Below are positions 22,422-34,556 of a stretch of DNA of 64,000 nucleotides, one piece after another. How positions within the stretch are numbered: position 1 is the first letter of the stretch; each line of letters opens with the position of its first letter. Both the position numbers and the translations under genes were made by a program. The notes beneath the pieces were generated by a model. It made no database searches. It had not been told where the DNA came from and saw nothing but the letters and a program-made list of their open reading frames with translations. The stretch is from Takakia lepidozioides (taxonomy: Eukaryota > Plantae > Bryophyta). The stretch is taken from contig CM060734.1 in the NCBI GenBank assembly GCA_030704615.1, positions 35,774,001 through 35,838,000 on the forward strand, in the 5' to 3' direction.

Positions 22422-25114
22422 GCTTCACGGAAACCACATGATATTGTTCCCAAGCTCTTGTGCAGGAAGGGGCACAACAGCACAGAGAGCTGCTACTATT
22501 GGAAGCAGGGTTTTCAGAAAGGGAAGAGGAAGTCACTTCGATACCACAGCCACCACAACCAATTGACTCTGTTGTTTTGGAGGCTCCACAATTAGTATAT
22601 GCTGTGGCATCACCACCAATTGCTCAGGAAGCAGAAAAGTTGGACATTCCCACTACAGAGCAGGTCGTGGCCGAAATTGAGAAGGGTGACCTTCTCTATG
22701 AAAACTCTGGCTTGGTAAGGGAACCAGTGATTCCAGAGGTACAGCGGTTGTCCAGGGGAAGCCCTGCTGTGCATGTAATACCAACACCTATGACGGAGGT
22801 ACACAGGTAGAATATCAAGACACTGCAGCACTGTGGCGATGAGGTGGTTCAGGAAGAAAATCTGGTGGGCAATGGCCTGAATGGTTCGTGAGGCATCACA
22901 CTGTTGAGGATCAGGGAGAACAGCATCAAACTCACCATGATGACCCTCAGCAGGCCATGCTTATGAGTTCCATAAGCATGACACTTAATTTGTTGGGCAC
23001 TTATGTGAAATCCCATGTTCCATCTACCCAATTGGCAGCTTTGAGGGAGAAACTCAGGAAGGAGTTTGAGGCTCGACTTACCTCTGAATGTGCAAACAAG
23101 GTTGATGAGGAGGTCACTCTCAAGTTATAGCAAGAGTTAGAGGATACAACAGCTGCTTTGCAGTTGGCAAATGAACAATTGATTGAAGCAGGCCTCGCGC
23201 AGGACCAGTTGCACGAAGAACATAAGCAACAGCTATACCAAATGCAGGTGAAGCATGAGAGCAAGTTGCAAGAAGTGAATGCACTACATACGGAGTTGTA
23301 GACAGTACATGAGAGGATGGCCATAGAATGTGCTACACTCACAACTACCTTTGAGTAAACTACATTAGAAGTTAACAGCCAAGCGGAAAGATGTATGAAG
23401 GCACAGGCAGAGAATGTCGAGCAGGCGAAACTCATTATTGATATGAAGAATATAATCTGTCGCAATGAGAATACTTTCAAGCAATACAGACAGGTTGAAG
23501 CTGACCAAGAGAGGTACATCCTGGAATTGCAACAAACGGTCATTGTAAATCAAAATGAACTCTCTGTGGCAAACAAGGCTTGGAAGGAAGCCAATAATCT
23601 GGCTGCTGCCTATGCGAGTTTGGTTGAACCTCATGCAAAGCGCATGGAGGCTTTACAACAGTAGTTAGATATGTACAAACTCAGAGAGGAGTAGACTCTC
23701 AGGGGTGCCACAAGCAACTTGGTGGATAACCACCTTATGCAGGTCTGGTTAGCACAAGGGCCGGTGGAAGGCAAAGCACCACGGAAACTCACCCAGGGCG
23801 AGATGAATGAGCTCAGGCTGCAGGTGCAGAACATTGCCACAACTACTATAGACAATGTCTATAATAAGATAGCGGAGCTATAGGAGGATGTAGACGGCCT
23901 GCAGACTCAGGTGGAGGACCTGACTTCGAATATTGACAAGATAGTCTTTGTACCTGAGGAGCAGCTGATGGCTACTTATTTACAAGCCAGAACTCTAATT
24001 TTTCAGTCTTCTTCGCAAGGGGTGCAGGAGATGCCAGTGGTGGAAGGGCCAGTGTTACCAATACCACAACAAGTGACTATGCCAGTCGTTGACCCTGTTG
24101 TTACCACAGCCACCACAGCCGCCACAGCCTGAGGTATGGGGGGATGCTGCTTTTAACCCACCTAAGACACCTGCTGCACGGGAGTACAGTCGGGCTATGA
24201 TTATGCCCTTCAACCAAATTCCCATTGTGTTGGATTTGGCTTGGAAGGAATTTAGTCCTCCACAGTCGTTGGCACATTACTACCAGATCATGCGCATTTG
24301 GCTGCCAGTGGCAACTAGGACTAAGGTTCTTCCGAGGTTTGCGAGGTACTGGCATGAAGCAAGTACCATGTTGAAGGAATTAATTGCCTTCCAAGTTGTA
24401 CATGGGTATATTTATACCAAGACCAAGGAGGTAGCAAGTATTGTCATGGGCTGTGGGTTATATTATGCTGCTTGTTTTCTGGTACGTTATCACATTGAGC
24501 AGGAGAAGATGCAATCGCGATTTCTAAGTTATTCCAGTGGGGATCATTGGGTCTTACCTTTAGTGCCACCTCATATGTACTTATATGAAGCAAAAGTTAT
24601 GATGCAAAAGGATTCTCAAATTCGTTCATGGTTTCATTCAGCCTGGAACAATTTGTCAACACAGAAATTCGGCCCTGACGATATTTTCTTTAAGGGACAT
24701 GAGGCATGAAAATACTTGCACGGTTCACAAGTCATTGGCACACCACTCACCTGTACAGATAAGGAGTTCAGGGGCTTCACCAATTTTGCCATTCAGCGCT
24801 TACAACAAGTTTTACAGTTTAAACTTCCAGACATGGTGGGACCACATTGTATGCCCCAGAGGATTCCAGTTAGAGTTCGACCGTTAAAACACCTCAGGGG
24901 GGAAGACGATTCTGATACTACTGTTTCTTCAGCGGACTCTTTTGACATGGCAGAGGACTATGCAATTCAGATGGCAGAGAAGAAACGACGGGGATCTCCT
25001 ATGACTGAGCGGTTACCTCGATATCAGCCAAAGGAGGGACTAACATTTCCAGGTAGTGCTCAATTATCTCCGTCAACCAGTGACAGGACTCGGGCTCGAA
25101 CACGGAGTCCTTAA
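22422..25114 (+). pseudogene. 3' extra ORF of the large Gypsy, continuation (long coiled coil + unknown C-terminal domain)
   Basis: Q/E/L-rich heptad-like segments at 22900-23950 with several in-frame stops (mostly TAG), followed by a globular-looking aromatic-rich segment at 24130-24900. Confidence 0.6.
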
Positions 25115-25195
25115 CGAAACTCTCACCGTCAGAAGGGTGCTCGCTCACAAAAGTTTGCTAATCCCAAACAGTAAACCGTGAGGACACGGCTTTTT

Positions 25196-25213
25196 GAGAT
25201 GGGGAGGGGTAAA
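25196..25213 (+). other. Polypurine tract
   Basis: GAGATGGGGAGGGGTAAA immediately before the 3' LTR. Confidence 0.85.
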
Positions 25214-26204
25214 TGTTAGAGGGCTGCTTGGGACTTAGACGCTTTTACGGGTTCTGTGGGGTACCCTTAATTTTTGCGCAGACTGAGACCAACAGGAGCC
25301 TTAGGGATGACAGCAGCAGGCTTTAGGGGGGTTACACAGTCCGACACAGCCAGACACAGCCCGACACAGCCTGACACAGCCGGCCACAGCTTCGCACAGC
25401 CGACACAGCCCAACACAGCCAGTCACAGCCGACACAGCCGGCCACAGCTTCGCACAGCCAACACAGCCCGACACAGCCGACACAGCCGGCCACAGCTTCG
25501 CACAGCCCTACACAGCCCGACACAGCCAGTCACAGCCCGCCACAGCCTGATACAACCAGTCACAGCTCGGCACAGCTGGAGGACAGTTATCATTGGCAGG
25601 GAACGACATCTGAAAAAGGAACGTGTACTACAGGGATGACGGTTAGTTAGGAAAACGGTTAGAACAGCTTGTAGGTAGATAAAGCCAAGAGCGGGGACGT
25701 CTGGGGGATCACTTCTGGGGGGACTTCTGGCATCACGGCTGGGAGATCAGGCGGGGAACGCATCTCTGAGCGAAAAGATGGAGAGCACGAAGTAGGAGGA
25801 GAGACGATCTGTTGATGATTGATGAATGCAAGCTGTAGAGTTGTAATGTAGAGCAGTTTAGAAACGCCATGGCTTCAGCCTGATACTTGATAGAAATTAA
25901 TCTGATACATACTTCATACTCACACTGTGTAGAGAGACCTGAGTGAAGCTGTGGAATGGATGGATGAGTTGATGGAACCTGATAGATTGCTGAAGCAATC
26001 TGATACTTAAATTGCCAACAGTAAGGTAACTTGCTAACATGAATACGGGAAGGAATACAAATATGAAACACCCCCATAATACACTAGCTGTAGGTCATGA
26101 CTGATTGTTCTGAGCGGGTTGAGTGCTTAGAGATGTCCAACTCTTCTATCTTGGAGTTCCCACCTCGGATAGCGAAGGGATGGGTGAGTAAAAGCCGCTC
26201 GACA
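25214..26204 (+). repeat. 3' LTR (991 bp) of the large Gypsy element
   Basis: TG...CA ends, followed by TSD AAGTT. Confidence 0.95.
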
Positions 26205-26500
26205 AAGTTCCACGGAAAGGTCTACTCTCAATATAAGCAAGGCGAGCCTCTTTCAACTCAACATAAGCACTTCGAACAAAAACAGTAAAACTTGGTTGGT
26301 GAAAGTCGACTCATCACCGAACCAATACACACCATCCGGCAAACTGATCGCAAATCCAGAGCCCATCCATGCCCGATCTAGATGGTCGTTGACAAACGTC
26401 AGAGACGCCACAAATCTGAACAAAGGATCGTCTTCACTCACATGAACCAATTCTGAGTACACAAAACAAGCTTCTTATGCATTGGCAGTTGAAGCCATAA
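26205..26500 (-). pseudogene. Crinkler-like gene, 5' part
   Basis: SLPDGVYWFG...VFVRSAYVELKEARLAYIESRPFRGT joins in frame to LLTGTPGIGKS once the retroelement and one TSD copy are removed. Confidence 0.75.
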
Positions 26501-28409
26501 TCCAACAAGGATTCTAAAGTCATGGATAATATAAACATTTACTTTTCAAACAAGCAATGTAAGGAAACAAATCGTCTCCAAGCTCAAATCTGCGGCACAC
26601 GCCAAGCTCTAAAGAGAAACAAGAGAACTGTAGAAGTGATCAGGCTCCTCCTCCAAGCTCAAATCTTTGACACCTTGAAGCTCTAAAGAGACACAAGAGA
26701 ACTACACGATCAGACTCCCCCTCCTCGAAAGAGACACAAAAGAACGACGAGATCTCTCCCCCTCCAAGCTCAAATCTGCTACGCCCTCCAAACTTTTATT
26801 GGTCTCATATTTTTACAACCAAGAACATTTTTTCGTCATATGTTCTAATACTAGACTATCCGTCGTCCTCCATTCTCGTACAAGCTCCATCAAAAGCATC
26901 ACTAATCTTAATAATTCTTACCGCACTTTTTTCTTCACAGTTGTTCACCATGCTTCCATATGCAACGATATTATGGACTTCTTTTGCATGAGAAACTTCT
27001 GTTTTTTTCTTGAAACATGTGACAACATATGCAATATATCGTTTATTTTATACGTGTCTACCACGTATGCAACAAGAGAAGTCTTATCCGCTTCCTTGCT
27101 CATGGCCTCTAATTACACTCTTTCTCTCAGTATCCGGTCTGACCACGTTTGTTACAATGATTTCTCTTTTTTAGCTCTGCTATTCTCTCTGCTATTTCTC
27201 TTCTATGCTCTTTTGTGAGATTTGCGTTGCTTGTGCTCTCTTCCACCAATCTGCTTGGTAAAGAAAGCTTTTTATGTAGTATCATCCTTTGTTCTTCTTG
27301 CTTTATTTATAAGTATTTCTTTCTTGATCATCAATCGCGCTTGAAGATTGTTAAGCATCCGCTCTACAACAGGAACAATATCCAGACATCTATGACATTC
27401 TCATAACTCTTAGGAAAAGTACATATAATTTTGTTCTTGCACCTTAAGATGGTACATCTTATTCTATAGAACATGAATGTTTTCTATAACATTTTGCTCG
27501 TGAACAGCAATAAGTCCACCACATTACCATAGAATTTGCACAATTAATTAAATTGTTGCAGGTGCTATCTATCCACCGCTTATGTAATGTACATGCTAGC
27601 CAGACCATCACAATCATTCCATTCATCTTTATTTGCTGTTGTTTCTCTCTTCTCTACCCCACTAACAATTGATCAACACTTCTTGGCCTTTAGTAAGATA
27701 GTCATCTGGAATTTCCAAATGGAAAAGTTTTCCCCTAAAATTTCTCTATGTTCATCATGCTATGAACATCTTTCGACCTTGTCTAAAAACAAGAACTCTC
27801 CTAGAATCACAAACTACCTCCCACGTCAACGCAACAATAAATGAGCGTGGGCCTATAACCTCTAGGATTTCTAGAAAGAGAACACTAAACAATGCACCAA
27901 TACTTTGGACAACACAATTCACAACAAGCATTACAAAAATGCGTTAGTCATGACGATAGCTGCAAGGCTCTTGGTACAAAAATGAATCAATGCCAATTGC
28001 AAACATAAGCCTTAATATATGATGAGTATAAGGCGAGATCAGTATGAGCGAGAATATAACTTTCAAAAGTTTGCACATCAGCAATACGTGGCTTATAACA
28101 TGAACAGCCGGTAGAACTAATGCTGAGTTGGCTCTCACACTGATATATTCGCTAAACTACTCAGAATATCTAAGTGTATTATCTATATTTCCAACAATAA
28201 CTATGACTTGAAGAACAGTTTATCTAATAAGCATGCGCGACAGTTGTTGCACAACATTTTAATGAAAAAATGCAAAAGAGAGGAGAAATGATAGAAAGTA
28301 GGGGCTCCATTTTGAAAACATTGAAGTAGTGAGAAAGAAAAAGAAAAAAAAGAGAACGTTGGTTTGTATGATACAAAGATTGTGAGCAGAAGATGCCCTC
28401 CACTTTATC

Positions 28410-28600
28410 ATTATAGTGACGAGACCAAAGGTCGGAGAATAGCTTTAGTGTAGAGCAGGAATAGGATGTCATGGTGCCATGTCATGATCGCCACATCATC
28501 ATTGTCATGTTTCGTATCCCATGTCATCCTTGTTAATCTTTTTGAAGCTGGCCCAGATTGCCCTTAAACAAAAAGAAAAAAAGCAAAACAACTGATTCTT
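28410..28600 (-). repeat. Dispersed repeat homologous to 43720-43900 (opposite orientation)
   Basis: The reverse complement shares gatgacatgg..cgaaac.tg..atgatg.tggcgat.atgaca.ggca..atg.ca.cctattcc.gctctac.ctaaa with 43740-43900. Confidence 0.7.
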
Positions 28601-29714
28601 GAGAACCGTCATCTTCATTTCTTAAGCTGCCCTAGAAAGGGTTAAAAAGAAGTATTTATGTTTTTTACTTAACAAATGTGCTCTAATATTACTTTATTTC
28701 TTTCTTTTGTTTCTTCACACATTCAATGTATATATTACAATACTTCTATATATTAATTAGGATAAGACCACAAAATAGAAATCAATGGTTTACCCACCTC
28801 ACAAGTTCAACCCTTTGATTTTATAAACTATAGCTCTTATTTATAACTCTAGCAGAATGTTTTTCATCAACAGTACCATAATTGATTGAAAGTGGTTGTG
28901 GGTTCAATCCACCGATTGGTGTCACAAAGGCCTTCCTGCTGGAAGGCAGTAGCCCTTGGGGATCAAGAGACACCATAATTTACAATTCCTTTGGGAGGCA
29001 TCATATATTATATGTTATTATTGTTTTGTCATTGGGAGGCGTCATACTTTTTTTTGTGGGTCAGAATCTATTTCGTTGTTGAAGTAGGTAACTCTTATGT
29101 GGGAGAGTGCGAGGCAACTCAAATGCTACAAGGAGGAAAACAAGAGACTATCATTCACACCCACCTACTACCACCATGATCATCTCCAAGCACTTGGAAG
29201 ATCCTAAGAAAGATACTAAGACCATTCACTTAGTCTTGCAATACATCCAAATGTTGATTCAGCCCAATAGGGTATTGCATGGTGTAAAGATGTGGGCAAG
29301 TTGTCGTGAGCTGACAAGTCATTTAGTTGAATTCTTTATTCCGGAGTTGTGGATGTGGAAGTATTGAACCAATGCCCCACAGCTGATATTTATCCTGGGT
29401 GGAAGACTAAGTTGGAACACTAATTGGGGCATTCCATCTTACAAGTGGTTATGCAAGGCTCATAACTCATAACCAGTATTCAAGGTTGAAAAATCTAACA
29501 TGTCCTTCAGGCCAATTAGCATTGATTACTCCAGTAAGACAGATTGACATGCTCACACTCACAAAAATGTCATGGACTTAATTAAGTCAGTTTGTGAGTG
29601 TCGATCACTCAGGAACTAGCTTGCCAGTTATTTCTGCTTCATTTAGTCCACAATCACTGAGATTGGGAGAGCACAGAAGCCCCCAGAGTACTCTTTGTAC
29701 ACCTGAGAACATTA

Positions 29715-32700
29715 TCACAATATTGCAAAATTTTTGGTGAGGGGAAGAAGCCCATCATAGATGCATTTTGAGACATTGCCACGCTGTATCAAACGGGGCC
29801 CTGTCGGAGGGCCCTCTCTTTTTGGTCGAATGTCCTACAGCAAGGCAGCAAAAGTCAGTTTGAGAAAGAATTGCAGGGTTGAGCTATACGTATACCTACA
29901 TACATAGTTCCTGCAGGAATCAGGATGCCAACCATATCAGAGCTGGTCATGGGTTTCACCGAAAGGGGCCAGGAAAGTAGCCCCAAACACTTAATCAATC
30001 CACTCACAGATTGATTCCTCAACTCTAGCATCAGAACGCATGATATTGCTTCTGTACATGCGAACACAAACAGAGAGAAAGAGAGACCTGATCAAAGATT
30101 GCAACAGGAATGGCAAGTGTCGCAACAGCATTAGGGGTATCCACAATGCCTGACAGTCGCCCCTCACAAGGGCAGCACGACAGAAGTAGGTAGATCTGCA
30201 GGCCCACCCCAGTTCCCCATGAAACATCCCTTGTATGCTCTCAAAATAAGAGCCACTCGTCTCACTTCAGGTTTTGCCAAGATGAACAGGTCATTCTCAC
30301 TTTGTTATCAATGTTCAAATCTGATACTCCGGTTGAGATTCTTCCAAAAGAGTCTCAAGGAGCAATGACAAACACAGAAAGCGACAGACCTGCTCTTTGG
30401 TGTACCCAAACTTAGAAAGGTAGTCGATCGCATTCAGAACGGCACGTTTGTAGGCAATGCTAGCATCCAGAAAATGCTGGCGGCCGTTCTCATCCACACT
30501 TATGCCTTCAAAGACCAGATACTCAGAGAATCGTGGCTCCAAGGGCCCGATTTCGAAGATGGGGTTCACATGGAGCTTTGTGGGCCCCATAGGTGTTAAG
30601 TACTGTTCCATACCACCTCGCAATATCTCACATCTGGCTCCCCCATAGAAGTGGACATTAAAGGATTTTGACGGGTCTAAATTAGTACCACCAGCCAAAC
30701 AGAAAATATCATGCATTGGACTTGATAAAGTGGGATGAGCTTAGAAACAGATAAATGGATGATATTCTGGAACCATAAAACAATAAAAGAGAGAATGTCA
30801 AGTCTGATGAGTGCCCTGTGGAGGGTCCGAGGGACACAAGTAGAGCAAGACAGAAGCACAAATACATCATGTACTCATAACATTGTTTGCTGTAGCCTTG
30901 TGGCAATAGACCCCACGCCCAGTTTGAGCGGAGCAAGAGAGAACAGACACTCCCTTTGTGAGGGGCTCACTCCAGTAGTAGGACTTAAATTGATATAAAC
31001 ACTTAATTTGGGTTTTCCAGATTGCCTCTAGAAAGCCCTTCACACACACATCAACTGCGTGTAAACAGCCCAGCAATCAGACCCCAACAGGGCCAGGGCT
31101 TTAGGCTCAGCCTCGAGATTTTGAAAGTGAAAATGGATATTGTCTTCAGGCCGCCCACACATCGGGCATGGACACTCTCTTCAACCACTCTGCATCTGTT
31201 TATTGTTCAAAGGTAGACTCCCTGCCCTGAGTTTAAATTTCAGTCTGCTGCCAAAGGTTTGTAGGGCCTTCAGATCATCCTTAAGGTCCTCACCCATTTC
31301 ACAAACTGGAAATAAGTACAGATATTAAAAGAGAGAGGGAGAGAGATGAGTGGCCAGAGGACGTACTTCAACTCAAGAAACCCACTCATTTCAATGGCCC
31401 CACAGAATGAGACTTCCCCATCACCCTGTGAAAAGTGCATGTCCCCCATACTCAAGTTTGCTCCCTCCACAAAAACTGGAAAAAATACTTTGCACCCCCG
31501 ACTTAGATTCTTAATATCACAGTTTCCTCCATTCTCTCTCCCAGGTATTGTACGGGCTGCTTCAGCTGCTATTCTCTCCCATTGTTTTGTCCCTGTTTCC
31601 ACCTGCATGCCCAACCCCCATGTTCGTGGTTAAGTGTACTTTGATTTGACATTTCTAGAAGGAGGACAGAAAAATGTGCACCCAGATGAAGACAGACAAC
31701 TTACGGATGTGGTCAATATGATGAAAGAAGGCTACCTGTCCAAGTAGGGCACCTTTGGCCAAAGGCAAGTTTGCAAGTGGTCTTGTATGCAAATGTCCAC
31801 TCAGTGTCACTGCACTTTCTCCCTCGTCAACTAGTGCTTTCTCTCGTGTATTCCATATGTCCAGTAGTTCCTTTGAAGGTGCCGTTCCAATGAGACCCGG
31901 ATGTATGAGCCCCGGGAAGCGCACTCCTGCATCACTAAAATAAATGTATCAAAGCTTTTGCATGTATGTGTTCTTCATCATGCAACCGCACTTATCTTCC
32001 TGCTAAAGAGATTGTACTCATAAGACGTTGTTTGCCGTAGCCTTGTGGCCATTGACCCCGCGCCCAGTTTGAGCGGGAACAAAAGGTACAGAACCTACCT
32101 CTGTCAGGGGCTGACGTTGGTAGTAAGACTTACCTCCATATAAAGAATTAATCCGGGTTTTCCAGATATCCTCTAGAAATCCCTTCACACAAGCATCAAT
32201 CTGCTGTGTGTGATTTGCCCAAAAACTAGGCCTCAGGAGGGCCTGGGCTTTTGGCTCAGCCTCGAGACTTTCAAAGTTGGTAAACAGGGGTACAGGCACA
32301 ATTCCCTTAATAGATTTGAAGAGAGCGTCACTTTGGTGAGAGAACCCCGGACAGTGTATCAGAAAATGAATACTGTCTTCAGATTGCCCACACAACGGGC
32401 AATTGCACTCTCCCTTTCCTCTCTGCTTCTGTTTGCTTCCTGCTAAAGAGAAATGAAATGAAAGTGTTGAATAAAGGTTTCAGAGTGTAGGGATCTGCGA
32501 GACCTGGAATATGGCGAGAAGATGCAAAGATTCCATCAAAATGCCAGATGGCCTTGGTTGCACAAGGAAAATGGTCGGTCAAAAACCCACCACCATTTTC
32601 CCGGTCAAATGTCCCTGTAAAGCCCCACTCATCACCAGGCAGAGGGCCGAGGTTGCAGATTTCAACTACAAGAAGATCACCAGGCTTTGCAGGAGACCCG

Positions 32701-33162
32701 GATCCATCTGTGACACGAATTGGTCCACTAAGATAATGCACCTGCCACACAAAGCTCTCATGTTTCTTGATTGATGTTCTTTGTGCATCTTACACATCTA
32801 TACCTGCATCCTTTTTCTGAGCTCACACTCTATCTGGAGATGGTTATCAGGACATCCAAAGCCTCATTCGATAACAAATATCTGCAACTACAGAGATTGA
32901 CTAATCCTTGTGGTAATATGTGGTACAGAATTTGTGAACATACCATTGACAGATCAACTTGCTTTACATCCTCAGCACTATCATCATCCTGGATTTGCCC
33001 GCCCGTCCAGTCTACTGTTTCCACACGAAACAGTTCCCCTTCTGTAACCTCTCCAACAGCTGGAATCTCAGGGTGCCACCTGTTGTGCAATACTTTCTCC
33101 TGCTCCCAAGCCTTCTTCTTTGGGTCCACTTTCACAATCGGTTTGGGGGTCCTTGGAGCCAT
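29715..33162 (-). CDS. Formamidase (FmdA/AmdA family), 7 exons, 451 aa
   Basis: Exons 33162-32944, 32741-32504, 31926-31736, 31602-31367, 30633-30390, 30195-30088 and 29834-29715, all GT-AG and frame-consistent. Motifs LHNRWHPEIP, ENGGNCDIKNL and GDMHFSQGDGE. Confidence 0.95.
30870..31310 (-). mobile_element. 5'-truncated LINE copy 1 (formamidase intron 4)
   Basis: Homologous to 32012-32435; ends ...[16 protein letters not shown].; TSD degenerate. Confidence 0.75.
32012..32435 (-). mobile_element. 5'-truncated LINE copy 2 (formamidase intron 2)
   Basis: 16-bp TSD CTTCCTGCTAAAGAGA (31996-32011, 32436-32451). ORF2 C-terminal CCHC-type segment C..CGQSEDSIHFLIHCP...FLEDIWKTR. Confidence 0.85.
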
Positions 33163-34556
33163 GTTTCAATTCCCCAACAAAGAATTCCTTCTCTATCCAC
33201 AACAAAGAACCGGAAGACAAGCCAACTCAGCTCAACATCGACATTGAAGACACCAATAGTTAGGAACTTCTGAACTGAAATTTCTTCTATTCACCATTCA
33301 GAGCAACAAAAGACCGTAAATTAAATAATTTAGTTACGAACTACTGATATTTCCTCTAGTCACCCCAGGTATGCTTGATCACATTTGTCTCTGCCAGAGA
33401 TAGAGTGGATTCAAGCATACATCTCGACAGTCGGTTGCGGTTTTAGAAGCTCTCGCTCCCCCATGTGTAAGAAAAAGCATCAAAAGACAGGACCGGAAAG
33501 TGAAGTTTGAAGCGATGATGAGAATGACCAGTGTGTCACGGATATGATTCAAAGTGCCACAGGTGATTGAGAGGACCCTCGTACATAGCGAAATAGTGCA
33601 ACGATGCTGAAGAGAAAATGTGATCTCCTCTCTTCTTGTAAAAAGGGATAGGAAAGGAAAATGCACTAAAAATTTCTCAATCTCTCTCTAGGCTGATTCC
33701 AGGTGCCCAGGAGCTCACATGCAATTCGGCCTTGTTGCATCGATGGTGGCAAGTCGACATGCTACTTCTATTCAAAACTCTTCTAGTAATGTTGCAACAA
33801 CAAATCAGGGAGGTGGATGTGAGAAACAATTACCTCAAGCGCACAGCAATGCAGCTGAATCCAAAGAGAGAGGTGAGATGCCTCATCTCTCCAGTCGAAG
33901 AATCCACCCGCCCATCGGGCCCCCTCTCCGACTCTCAGTCGGACAAGACTCTTCCCTCCTCCCTCGCACATCGACGTCGCAATCCCAAGGCCAAATATAC
34001 GGCTGATGGATGAATGTGTTTTCCTCGCTTGTCCATATGTATGGATGAGTATCGATGGGTCTGGAAGGATGATAATATAGTTTGGATGCATTGTTGTGGT
34101 TAGATGGATGAGTCGGCTGGATAAATAGTTGAAGGATTGGATGCACGAATGACGGATGCGTTGTCAAATGAATGAAAGATTGCGTGCTTGGAGGTCGAAT
34201 CATCATCGACATACATTTGGCAGCGGGGATGATCCCACTTTCCATCCAACGAACACCCCTTACTTTTCTTCTATCTGTGCGCTTATACACGTGGGAGTAT
34301 TTGAACCCACGATCCTAGGGGACACTCTGGTTATTTGAATTGAGATATTCAATTCTTTAAAAAAAACAGGGTTTTAAAAAAAACAAAACATGGTAAGTAT
34401 AGATTAGTAATAAACTTAAACGAAATAGTAATATTGAATATTTACAGGACTTTAGAAACCCTAGAAAACCCCTGAGATAGCCCCCCCCCCTCTTCAGTGT
34501 GTGTGTCTCTCTCTTTCTCTCTCTTTGTGGCTTGCCGAAGAATTGAGGGGCAAGTG

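Larger units (their letters stand above)
1997..26204 (+). mobile_element. Full-length Ty3/Gypsy LTR retrotransposon, non-chromovirus type (Phygy/Athila-like), carrying two nested insertions
   Basis: TG...CA LTRs (TGTTAGAGGG...CGCTCGACA) at 1997-7905 (interrupted) and 25214-26204. 5-bp TSD AAGTT at 1992-1996 and 26205-26209. PBS and PPT present. Domain order gag-PR-RT-RH-IN, no chromodomain. Confidence 0.95.

Noticed and set aside
22455-22500. CRKGHNSTESCYY resembling a second gag zinc knuckle
   Set aside because: Incomplete CCHC spacing in a short frame; the alternative frame looks like the real coding frame.
26790-28400. AT-rich region with possible decayed minus-strand coding sequence
   Set aside because: No recognisable motif in the parts I translated.
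29050-29290. Possible highly decayed C-terminus of another RLE-type LINE (FVVEVG...TIHLVLQYIQMLI)
   Set aside because: Similarity is too weak to support without a search.
30803-30840. CTGATGA followed by a short stem (hammerhead-like)
   Set aside because: No GAAA core and no stems I/III.
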